Shown: positions 1 to 6,824 of the stretch, one piece after another
Numbering within the stretch: the first letter of the stretch is position 1
How the letters are laid out: the number at the start of each line of letters is the position of its first letter
From: Candidatus Iainarchaeum sp.
GTDB lineage: Archaea > Iainarchaeota > Iainarchaeia > Iainarchaeales > VGJJ01
Direction: 5' to 3'
DNA: 32,000 nt
Assembly: GCA_030688545.1 (NCBI GenBank)
Contig: JAUYHT010000001.1
Span: 30,001 to 62,000, forward strand
Made by a program: the position numbers and the translations under genes
The notes under the pieces: model-generated
Seen by the model: the letters and a program-made list of their open reading frames with translations, nothing else
Databases searched by the model: none
What the model was told of the DNA's origin: nothing

Positions 1-911
1 TCCTTCCCTTGGTACGAAAAAGTGGTTGTTCCGTGTACCGCAATGCAGGCCTCCCTAAAAATATCTTCCGTCAGGGTCATCATCCCCGTATAGTCCCAGT
101 ACGCCGCATAGCATTCCATAGTCGTAAATTCCGGATTATGCGTTTTGTCGATATCTTCGTTCCTAAAGTTTTTGGTTATGGTATACACCTTTTCCATATT
201 CCCAATGAGCAATTTTTTCAGTTGCAATTCAGGCGAGATGGACAGATAAAGGTCCTGGTCCAGCGCATTGGAATGCGTGATGAAAGGCTTGGCATTCGCC
301 CCCCCGTAACTGCTTTGAAGGGTGGGGATTTCCACCTCCACAAACCCATTTTCATCCAGCACGCGCCGCATGGTTTGGATGATCTTGCTCCGCTCCAGGA
401 ATATTTTTTTCACTTCCGGGTTCATGAACAAATCAATATGGCGTTGCCGATAACGCGTTTCAATATCGCTGATCCCATGCCATTTATCCGGCATGGGAGC
501 GATGCTCTTGCTCAGCAACGTCAATGATCCCGCCAGCACACTCAATTCCCCCCGCTGGGTGCGCACGATTTCCCCTTCCACCCCGATATAGTCCCCGGCG
601 TCCAAGAGGGAGAGGATTTCCCAGGCCGTTTTAGGAGTCGTTTCCTGTTTCAGTTGTATCTGTATCTTTCCAGAATCATCATGGACATCCAAGAAGGCCA
701 GTTTTCCAAATCCCCTGACACTCATGAGCTTTCCGGCCACTTTGGCTTTCTTTCCGGATGCTTCCCCCTCTTTCAAGTAGGCGTAGTCCGTCTGAATGGC
801 CCGTGCCAGGTGGGTGCGTTCATACGCATACGGATAGGGGTTGATACCCTTCTCCCGCGCGGCCTTCAGCTTAGCTATTTTGCTTGCCCGCAATTCTTCA
901 TAAGTCGCCAT
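1..911 (-). CDS. lysS: Lysyl-tRNA synthetase, class II (first ~303 codons; the 3-prime end lies beyond the left window edge)
   Basis: It is absent from the ORF track because it has no stop in the window. My reverse-strand translation from the ATG (plus-strand cat at 909-911) reads MATYEELRASKIAKLKAAREKGINPYPYAYERTH. An OB-fold-like stretch follows, then class II LysRS blocks RYRQRHIDLFMNPE, GFVEVEIPTLQ, GGANAKPFITHSNALDQDLYLSISPELQLKKLLIG and FRNEDIDKTHNPEFTTMECYAAY. GGAG lies about 10 nt upstream. Plus-strand ORFs 9-527 and 654-953 are its antisense shadows. Confidence 0.85.
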   Translation of the reverse strand, partial: MATYEELRASKIAKLKAAREKGINPYPYAYERTHLARAIQTDYAYLKEGEASGKKAKVAGKLMSVRGFGKLAFLDVHDDSGKIQIQLKQETTPKTAWEILSLLDAGDYIGVEGEIVRTQRGELSVLAGSLTLLSKSIAPMPDKWHGISDIETRYRQRHIDLFMNPEVKKIFLERSKIIQTMRRVLDENGFVEVEIPTLQSSYGGANAKPFITHSNALDQDLYLSISPELQLKKLLIGNMEKVYTITKNFRNEDIDKTHNPEFTTMECYAAYWDYTGMMTLTEDIFREACIAVHGTTTFSYQGK

Positions 912-1002
912 AGAGATTTCTCCACGCGGGCGGGCTTAAAAAGAGAGGCTTGATTCACCAAAAAAATTTATATTTTGGGTCATGATTTCCTAACCCGTTT
1001 TC

Positions 1003-1740
1003 TCATACGTCCATCAGTTGAGTATCCGAGCCCTTGATTACGATGCCCTTGGGCGTGATCTCGAGCGGGTGCAGTTGTTCCGAGTGGTGGGTCGCTCTTA
1101 GCTTCCTAATATGGAGTGTCCTATTGGATTGCGTTCCCACTCCCAAGTAGTGCATGACAAACACTCCGTCCGCCACGAATTCTTCCACTCCGAATCGCGA
1201 GAACCCGGGTGCTCCTTCGTCCATTTCGCTCACCAATAAACTGGTGACGCCGGTGCGTTCCAGCATGTATGAGATCTTCAATATGGCCTTTCGCACATCG
1301 TTGGCGTTATCATAATTGAAACCCAGCGCCGGCAGGCTATCAATGACCAATCGTTTTGCTCCTATTCGCCGGGTGGTGCGCACGATCTCCAGCAACAGCT
1401 TGTCGAGGTCGAACCCCGTGGGCATGGCGAATTCTTCTTCGCTCGGCAAACCTATTTTGGCCACGGATCCATCAATGATTTCAAGGAGATGATCATCTTC
1501 TAGTTTGCGCAAATCCCATCCGAAGCTCAGCATGTCCTCGCGCAACAAATTAGGTCGCTCATCCAGTGTCACATAAACTCCGGGCTGGCGGAATTGGGTC
1601 GCTCCCGCATACACAAACTGGGTGCAGAAGATGCTCTTTCCTGTTCCCGTAGCCCCACTCACGAGGAAACTCCGCCCTTCCGGCAACCCCCCCTGGATGA
1701 GCGTATCCAACCCTTGGATCCCGGTGGGCACGCGGTTCAT
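1003..1740 (-). CDS. KaiC-like RecA-superfamily ATPase (single domain, COG0467 type)
   Basis: 245-aa ORF. The Walker A context is GLDTLIQGGLPEGRSFLVSGATGTGKSIFCTQFVYAG and the Walker B-like stretch is RLVIDSLPAL. Overall length and layout fit archaeal single-domain KaiC homologues. Confidence 0.8.
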   Translation of the reverse strand: MNRVPTGIQGLDTLIQGGLPEGRSFLVSGATGTGKSIFCTQFVYAGATQFRQPGVYVTLDERPNLLREDMLSFGWDLRKLEDDHLLEIIDGSVAKIGLPSEEEFAMPTGFDLDKLLLEIVRTTRRIGAKRLVIDSLPALGFNYDNANDVRKAILKISYMLERTGVTSLLVSEMDEGAPGFSRFGVEEFVADGVFVMHYLGVGTQSNRTLHIRKLRATHHSEQLHPLEITPKGIVIKGSDTQLMDV

Positions 1741-1981
1741 GCGTTATCCACCCTTTTTCGCATTAAAAGCCTGCGTTTTTTTATTGGGCCATGTTAGGGT
1801 GAAAGTGCCATTCATTCTTTGGCAAGCGATCCCCTGACCTGGTTTGTTTTTTTCCTTCCGCGTGGAAATCCCTACTTTCGTCCTCCGGAGGTCGTTATTT
1901 TGACCTGGCGATCTCCATTTATATTTAAACATACAGGTCCATGGTATCGGTATACTTGTTCCATCTATGGAGGTAATCATC

Positions 1982-2857
1982 ATGTCCGAATCCGATACGG
2001 GACACCATGCGCATCATTCTGAGGCGCACCACGTCCATACCACGACGCACCATAAGCAGGATGTGTCCCCCTACATTCTCCCGGCCAGCATTCTACTGGC
2101 TTCCCTCATCGTGGCATGGGCTGTCATGTCCTCCGGCGCCGCGTTAGAAAACTCTCTTTCGGGTCTTATCACTCTTACCGGTGACTCAACGGGAAATGTG
2201 AATCCCCCCGCCCCGGACGCGGGTGACTTGGGCCCTCCCCGCTTGACGAATGAGACGATGACCGCACTCCTCGCGGATGCCCCCGCTTCGGATGGTTCTT
2301 CTTCGGCTGATATTGTGGTTATTGAGTATTCCGATTACCAATGTCCCTTCTGCCAACGCTGGTTTACCAGCACGAAGGGTCAATTTTTCTCCACGTTCGT
2401 GGATACGGGCATCGTGGAATTCGCCTATAAGGATTTTCCGTTAGCCAATATCCACCCCCAAGCTGAACCCATGGCGCGGGCCGCCCGGTGCGCGGGGGAT
2501 CAAGGGAAATATTGGGAGATGCATGATGCCATGTTCACCAATCCCCTCCCCAGCGGGTCGGCGGTGTCAATGGAAACCATGCAACCCTGGATCGCGAGCG
2601 TGGGTTTGAATGAAACCCAGTTCGGCGCTTGCTTCAATGCCAACACCTATGCATCAGAGGTCCAGGCCAATTTCGCGGAGGGCCAATCCTTGGGTGTTTC
2701 TGGCACTCCCTCTTTCGTCATAGGATTGCGCGGCGAGCCCGGACAACTCATCGTGGGGGCGTGTCCCTTCGATGCGTTCCAGACGGCCATCAACGCTATC
2801 CGCGAGGGCAAGGATTGGCAGCAAATCCCCAATTCCTGCACCGTGGTCACCTCCTGA
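1982..2857 (+). CDS. Membrane-anchored DsbA-like thiol:disulfide oxidoreductase with a His-rich N-terminal tail
   Basis: The ORF track gives 1967-2857. I prefer ATG 1982 because GGAGGT lies 7 nt upstream. The protein has a His-rich N-terminus (TGHHAHHSEAHHVHTTTHH) and one TM helix (ILPASILLASLIVAWAVM). The DsbA-type fold follows, with active site VVIEYSDYQCPFCQRW and cis-Pro loop GVSGTPSFVIG. Confidence 0.8.
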   Translation: MSESDTGHHAHHSEAHHVHTTTHHKQDVSPYILPASILLASLIVAWAVMSSGAALENSLSGLITLTGDSTGNVNPPAPDAGDLGPPRLTNETMTALLADAPASDGSSSADIVVIEYSDYQCPFCQRWFTSTKGQFFSTFVDTGIVEFAYKDFPLANIHPQAEPMARAARCAGDQGKYWEMHDAMFTNPLPSGSAVSMETMQPWIASVGLNETQFGACFNANTYASEVQANFAEGQSLGVSGTPSFVIGLRGEPGQLIVGACPFDAFQTAINAIREGKDWQQIPNSCTVVTS

Positions 2858-2884
2858 ACCAGGTATGATATAATGAACCAGTCA

Positions 2885-2927
2885 GGGTGGGGCCATGCCC
2901 CCACCCTTCCCCTTTTTATTTTCTTTT
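2885..2927 (+). terminator. Hairpin plus T-rich tract downstream of the DsbA-like gene
   Basis: GGGTGGGG (2885-2892), loop CCATGC, CCCCACCC (2899-2906), followed by TTCCCCTTTTTATTTTCTTTTC. It lies 28 nt after the stop at 2857. Confidence 0.5.
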
Positions 2928-2944
2928 CGAGTTGATCCATCACC

Positions 2945-3460
2945 ATGAACCCAAAACCCTTCCTCTTATTCGCCCTTCTCTTCCTAATTCTCATCGCCGG
3001 CTGTACTGCCCCTCCGTATCAGACGCGGGATACTTCCTCGATTGAACCCTCATCCATTCGCACCTTCAATGTGCGCGCGGACGCGGAAATATGCACCCAG
3101 GACGGGAAGCCCATCATCCGCCTTTATTCCACCACGACCTGCCCCCACTGCCGTTGGATCAATTCTACCTTCAATGGGGTGATGGATGAATACATGAATG
3201 TCGGGAAGATTGTGGCCATGCATTGGGATGTAGATGCTCGGAATGACCAGTTCACCCCTGGTCTTGATGGGGCCGTGCCTCCCGAAGAAACCAAATTGTT
3301 CGAAAGCTTCAACCCCAATTTTTCAGTCCCAACATTCGTCTTCGGCTGCAAGTATTTTCGCGTGGGCAACGCGTATGAGACGCAGAACGATGTGGATGCG
3401 GAGGCCGCGGAGTTCAAGGCCGTGATCGAGCGGTTGTTGCAGGAAACCCAATTCCCCTGA
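2945..3460 (+). CDS. Secreted/lipoprotein-like thioredoxin-fold protein (CPHC active site)
   Basis: 171 aa. The N-terminal signal peptide ends in a lipobox-like LIAGC. Thioredoxin-fold motifs are LYSTTTCPHCRW and the cis-Pro strand FSVPTFVFG. Confidence 0.65.
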   Translation: MNPKPFLLFALLFLILIAGCTAPPYQTRDTSSIEPSSIRTFNVRADAEICTQDGKPIIRLYSTTTCPHCRWINSTFNGVMDEYMNVGKIVAMHWDVDARNDQFTPGLDGAVPPEETKLFESFNPNFSVPTFVFGCKYFRVGNAYETQNDVDAEAAEFKAVIERLLQETQFP

Positions 3461-3512
3461 TGACCTTCAGAATTGGGCCATTCTTTATATTCTTCCCCAC
3501 CCCAGATGCATT

Positions 3513-3755
3513 ATGGACAATCCCAAAGTAACGATCTACACCACCCCCACCTGCATTTATTGCCGATTGACCAAAGAGTTCTTTAGGGAAAATCACATTA
3601 CCTACACGGAAATCGATGTGGCGGCCAACGCCGAGGCCGCCCAGGATATGATTAAAAAATCAGGGCAGGCGGGTGTTCCCGTTATTGAGGTGGATGGTCA
3701 TTTCATTGTGGGTTTCGACAAGCCCGCTCTCAAAAAAGCGTTGCAGCTCACCTAA
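3513..3755 (+). CDS. Glutaredoxin-like protein (NrdH/YruB type, CIYC active site)
   Basis: 80 aa. It contains VTIYTTPTCIYCRLTKEFF, then GVPVIEVDGHFIVGFD, which is the classic small glutaredoxin-fold pattern. A T-rich tract (TTTTTCTATTTTTTTT) follows the stop. Confidence 0.8.
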   Translation: MDNPKVTIYTTPTCIYCRLTKEFFRENHITYTEIDVAANAEAAQDMIKKSGQAGVPVIEVDGHFIVGFDKPALKKALQLT

Positions 3756-3780
3756 ATTTTTCTATTTTTTTTATTCAATC

Positions 3781-3857
3781 GGGCTTTTTAGAAAAAAGCC
3801 CGGGGAAAAAGGTGGATTCCTCGCCCTCAACCTTTTAGGAAAAGGTTGACCAAAATC
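3781..3857. repeat. Two A/T-core hairpins of the same design as the 24423-24513 array
   Basis: GGGCTTTTTAGAAAAAAGCCC lies at 3781-3801. CAACCTTTTAGGAAAAGGTTG lies at 3828-3848 and is followed by ACCAAAATC. Both are perfect inverted repeats around a T-run / 2-3 nt / A-run core. Confidence 0.6.
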
Positions 3858-3892
3858 GCAGCGGCCAGCCGAAACTGGCCGGCGACATTCGT

Positions 3893-3917
3893 CCCCATTG
3901 TTTGGCGAGCGATCACG
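3893..3917. repeat. Short conserved module shared with 24548-24572
   Basis: CCCCATTGTTTGGCGAGCGATCACG aligns with CTCCCATTTTAGGCGAGCGAGCACG. With one 1-nt gap, 21 of 23 positions match, including an invariant GGCGAGCGA core. Both copies lie downstream of the hairpins in their respective intergenic regions. Confidence 0.5.
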
Positions 3918-3988
3918 CGAGCAGGTGACGTTTTCTATTTGTTGGATACCCCACCCTTTAGGGTGGGGAGGAAGTCACTTCAATATTT

Positions 3989-5020
3989 CTATTCGATACA
4001 TTTCAAGGGGGGGTGTTGGCAGAATTCTTCAAGCATATCAATGAGCTGGGTGATGTCCTTCATTGAGGCCACGGAGTGCGTGGTGTGGATGTTTCGCACG
4101 GCTACCCCCAGCGCGGTCGCGGGAACGCCTCCTTTTGACAGGGAGATGGTAATAGCATCCGTGGTCCCGAAATTGCTCACCTCGAGCTGCAGGGGTATCT
4201 TTTTCTTTTTGGCTACTTCTTCAAAATAATCATTGAGGCACCGATTCCCGATGAGTTCATCATCCTTGATGGTGAGCACCGGTCCTTTTCCCGTTACTTT
4301 CGTGGGCTCATCGTTCGCGTCATTGGCATTGGACACGTCCACGGCCACCGCCAGTTCTGGGTCAATGGCGTACGCGGATACTTTCGCCCCGTATAACCCC
4401 ACTTCCTCCTGGATGGTGAAGACTAAATACAGATCGTGGGTCGAGTGCTTCATCCTTTTGGCCACCTCGATTAAAGCGAAGCAGCCCACTCGGTCGTCCA
4501 ATGCCTTTCCCGAGATGAAATCAGGGTTTCCCATTTCATGGTCGGTGCGTTCTAATCCCAGGTAATTTCCCACCTGCACCCCCGCGGCGAGCAATTGTTT
4601 CTTGCCCATTCCCGTATCAACAAAAATGTCATTGATCTCCGGTAGTTGAGTAGTCTCGTAATCGTTGTTTATTTCCTTCGTCGTAATAATCCCTTTCACG
4701 ACCCCTTTTTTTCCATATAGGCTTACTGTCTGCCCCACCACATTCAGCGTGTTCACCCCGCCCAGGGCGCTCACGAAGATGCGTCCATTCTCCTCGATAC
4801 GCTTGACGATTAACCCAATCTCATCCATATGGGCAGCAATCATGAGAGTGGGTTTTTTCCCTTTCTTGTGGCAGATCAGGTTGCCCAATTTGTCAATCCT
4901 CATCTCCTGCACGTGGGGTTTGATTGTTTTCATTATATATTCGCGCACGTACTGCTCATTTCCCGACGTGCCGTTCAGATCGATGAGTTCGTGCAGTATT
5001 TTGAAATCCGGTTTCCCCAT
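3989..5020 (-). CDS. M42 family metallo-aminopeptidase (FrvX/TET/PepA-like)
   Basis: 343 aa. M42 blocks are MIAAHMDEIGL, GKALDDRVGC and FTIQEEVGLYGA, and the length is typical. Its start at 5020 abuts the stop of the upstream aminotransferase gene at 5022, which suggests an operon. Confidence 0.85.
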   Translation of the reverse strand: MGKPDFKILHELIDLNGTSGNEQYVREYIMKTIKPHVQEMRIDKLGNLICHKKGKKPTLMIAAHMDEIGLIVKRIEENGRIFVSALGGVNTLNVVGQTVSLYGKKGVVKGIITTKEINNDYETTQLPEINDIFVDTGMGKKQLLAAGVQVGNYLGLERTDHEMGNPDFISGKALDDRVGCFALIEVAKRMKHSTHDLYLVFTIQEEVGLYGAKVSAYAIDPELAVAVDVSNANDANDEPTKVTGKGPVLTIKDDELIGNRCLNDYFEEVAKKKKIPLQLEVSNFGTTDAITISLSKGGVPATALGVAVRNIHTTHSVASMKDITQLIDMLEEFCQHPPLKCIE

Positions 5021-5021
5021 A

Positions 5022-6266
5022 TCAATCCCCTCTCATCCGGCCAGCCACTCTTTCAAGGATGCTCAACCCTTCCTGGATGTCCTGGTTTTTAACGGTGAGC
5101 GCCGGGGCCAGGCGAATTCCCGCGACCCCACAACCCAGAACAATCAATCCTTCCCTGAAACAGGCGTCCCGAAAGGCATTTCTCATTTTAACAGTGGGCA
5201 AATCGAACGCCTGCATCAATCCCAATCCCCTAGGATTTTGGATAACCCCAAATTTTCCCGCCATTCCTTCGATTCCCTTCTGGATGGTTTTACCTTGTTT
5301 GGCCACATTTCCCATCAACCGCTTTTTCTTAATCTCCCGGATAATCGCAGCTCCCATCGCCATATCAATAATGTGTCCCCCGCCCCAGGTGGAGGAGATG
5401 GCACTCCCTTCTGGCGGGAACATCTGCGTGTTGGCAATGGTAGCCCCCACCTGCAGCGCTTTGGCGCACGTCTGGATATCGGGTTCAACCCCATAATGCT
5501 GGTAAGCCCACCACCTTCCCGTGCGTCCCATTCCCGCTTGCACCTCGTCAACGATGAGGGGGATCCCATGCGTTTTGGTCGTCTTCCGAATGCTTTTCAC
5601 CATTCCCTGAGGGGCCGGATAATACCCCCCCTCCCCTTGGACGCATTCCATGATCACAAAACCTATTTCGCTCGCGTCGAATTCCCGCCGCAGCATATCT
5701 TCGAGCGCGTCTCCCGCCGCTTCAGTAAAGGGCAACCGTCGCGCGGGAACCCTAAAATAATGTTTCACTTGAACGGCTCGCGAGTTGGTAAGACTCAGAG
5801 CACCGGTGGTCCGTCCATGCCAGCCGTTTTCGAAGGACACCCCTACTTTGGCTGCTGGATTCTTTCGCACCGCGATCTTGATGGCATTCTCATTGGCTTC
5901 CGCCCCTGAGTTGATGAGGAATGCCGCATTCAGCTTTTTGGGAACAATCCTCAGCAGTTCCTCGATGATATCCAAATGTTCTCTCACCGTGAAATCCTGC
6001 CCCCCAAATTTAATGGGGGCGCGTCCCGCGTATGTTTTCAGCACCCTCATCATGGTGGGATGATTATACCCCAGGGGGTTGGTCGCGATCTGGCTTCCGA
6101 AGTCAAGAAACCAGTTCCCGTCCAAATCCTCGAAATGGCTCCCACGTCCTTTCCCGGAATGCACGAAGGGATGGTCGATATTATACCCCCCATTCACTTT
6201 TTTCAATCGTTCCAGTATCCGTTTGGATAATGGCCCCGGCAATGCCGAGCGGATGCGCGCGTTCAT
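5022..6266 (-). CDS. Class III PLP-dependent aminotransferase (GabT / ornithine / lysine aminotransferase-like)
   Basis: 414 aa. Motifs are FLINSGAEANENAIK, IVDEVQAGMGRTGRWWA and the Schiff-base lysine context DIQTCAKALQVG. I cannot resolve the subfamily by eye. Confidence 0.85.
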   Translation of the reverse strand: MNARIRSALPGPLSKRILERLKKVNGGYNIDHPFVHSGKGRGSHFEDLDGNWFLDFGSQIATNPLGYNHPTMMRVLKTYAGRAPIKFGGQDFTVREHLDIIEELLRIVPKKLNAAFLINSGAEANENAIKIAVRKNPAAKVGVSFENGWHGRTTGALSLTNSRAVQVKHYFRVPARRLPFTEAAGDALEDMLRREFDASEIGFVIMECVQGEGGYYPAPQGMVKSIRKTTKTHGIPLIVDEVQAGMGRTGRWWAYQHYGVEPDIQTCAKALQVGATIANTQMFPPEGSAISSTWGGGHIIDMAMGAAIIREIKKKRLMGNVAKQGKTIQKGIEGMAGKFGVIQNPRGLGLMQAFDLPTVKMRNAFRDACFREGLIVLGCGVAGIRLAPALTVKNQDIQEGLSILERVAGRMRGD

Positions 6267-6287
6267 CCTGGGAGGGCGGATTTCAAC

Positions 6288-6295
6288 TATAAAAA
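6288..6295 (-). promoter_or_regulatory. TATA box for the aminotransferase-M42 operon (leaderless geometry)
   Basis: The minus strand reads TTTTTATA, centred about 25 nt upstream of the ATG at 6266. Confidence 0.45.
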
Positions 6296-6311
6296 CACGC
6301 GACCCGAATCG

Positions 6312-6319
6312 TTTAAATG
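6312..6319 (+). promoter_or_regulatory. TATA box for ORF 6342-6824 (leaderless geometry)
   Basis: TTTAAATG is centred about 26 nt upstream of ATG 6342. Confidence 0.45.
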
Positions 6320-6341
6320 GGAGTTTACTCCTCTATTCGCC

Positions 6342-6824
6342 ATGCCGGCTTCAACCCCCAACAAACGGAATGCTAATCATGCTGTTAACGCCGGCGTCCG
6401 AATAGGTAAACCCTTCCCCTGGAGCCGTCCCCGTGTGTACCAGTTGCCTTCAGGTGCGAAGCGTGTCGTAGCCGACTATGCCCGCCGGAGGAATAATGGG
6501 TTATCGGTGGATGCGCGCCGTCGCCACTTGACAGGGGTGGATTTGAAGGTATTGCGGGAATTGAAGGAAAATGAGGCCGCATTTATTGAAGGATTGGAGC
6601 TGGCCCGCGCCAGTATCGCCGGGCAACTGGCCATAGCTGCCAAAACAGATACCAATTTGTTTACATTCCTGCAATCTAAAAAGTACATCCTGGTGAACCG
6701 CCACGCGAAGGTAACAGGAACCAATTGGAAATCCTTTCTCGGGATGGGGCGCGATCGTATCGCGACGGCTGAGATTCGGTGGTTGATAAATAAATTGAAA
6801 AGTGATAAAGGAAAGAATGATTAG
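6342..6824 (+). CDS. Hypothetical basic protein (160 aa)
   Basis: The ORF has its own well-placed TATA box. It is Arg/Lys-rich and I recognise no motif. Its core promoter and start are nearly identical to those of ORF 24664-25374. Confidence 0.55.
   Translation: MPASTPNKRNANHAVNAGVRIGKPFPWSRPRVYQLPSGAKRVVADYARRRNNGLSVDARRRHLTGVDLKVLRELKENEAAFIEGLELARASIAGQLAIAAKTDTNLFTFLQSKKYILVNRHAKVTGTNWKSFLGMGRDRIATAEIRWLINKLKSDKGKND

Noticed and set aside
9-953. Plus-strand ORFs 9-527 and 654-953.
   Set aside because: Both lie antisense to the clearly recognisable class II lysS reading frame, which runs off the window on the minus strand.
1003-1740. RadB identity for the KaiC-like ATPase.
   Set aside because: The P-loop context (GATGTGKS, GLDTLIQGGLPEG) and the rest of the sequence match the KaiC/COG0467 pattern rather than the RadA/RadB GEFGSGKT context. 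The true radA lies at 27375-29864.
1594-2022. Four small overlapping ORFs (1594-1797, 1622-1837, 1744-1983, 1819-2022) in and around the kaiC-like / dsbA-like divergent intergenic region.
   Set aside because: They are mutually overlapping and lack start signals, and their translations are featureless. The region is better explained as a 225-bp divergent promoter region (TATA-like ATTTATATTTAAAC at about 1917-1930).
3457-3512. Possible C/D-box sRNA (TGATGA at 3457-3462).
   Set aside because: The TGATGA includes the stop codon of the preceding gene. No D box (CTGA) or terminal stem lies within the 50-nt gap.
3846-4229. A 127-aa plus-strand ORF spanning the intergenic repeats and the M42 3-prime end.
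   Set aside because: It is half antisense to the M42 gene and half across hairpin and repeat DNA, with a TTG start and no signals.
4665-5909. A 414-aa plus-strand ORF, with similar long ORFs at 7056-8138, 5059-5496, 10366-10791, 11618-12052, 19515-19958 and 20951-21496.
   Set aside because: These are antisense or out-of-frame shadows of well-supported genes (aminotransferase, ALDH, sufB, sufD, dehydrogenase, tgt). Their translations are low-complexity (P/S/R/G-rich) with no motifs. Such shadows are typical of moderately GC-rich coding DNA.
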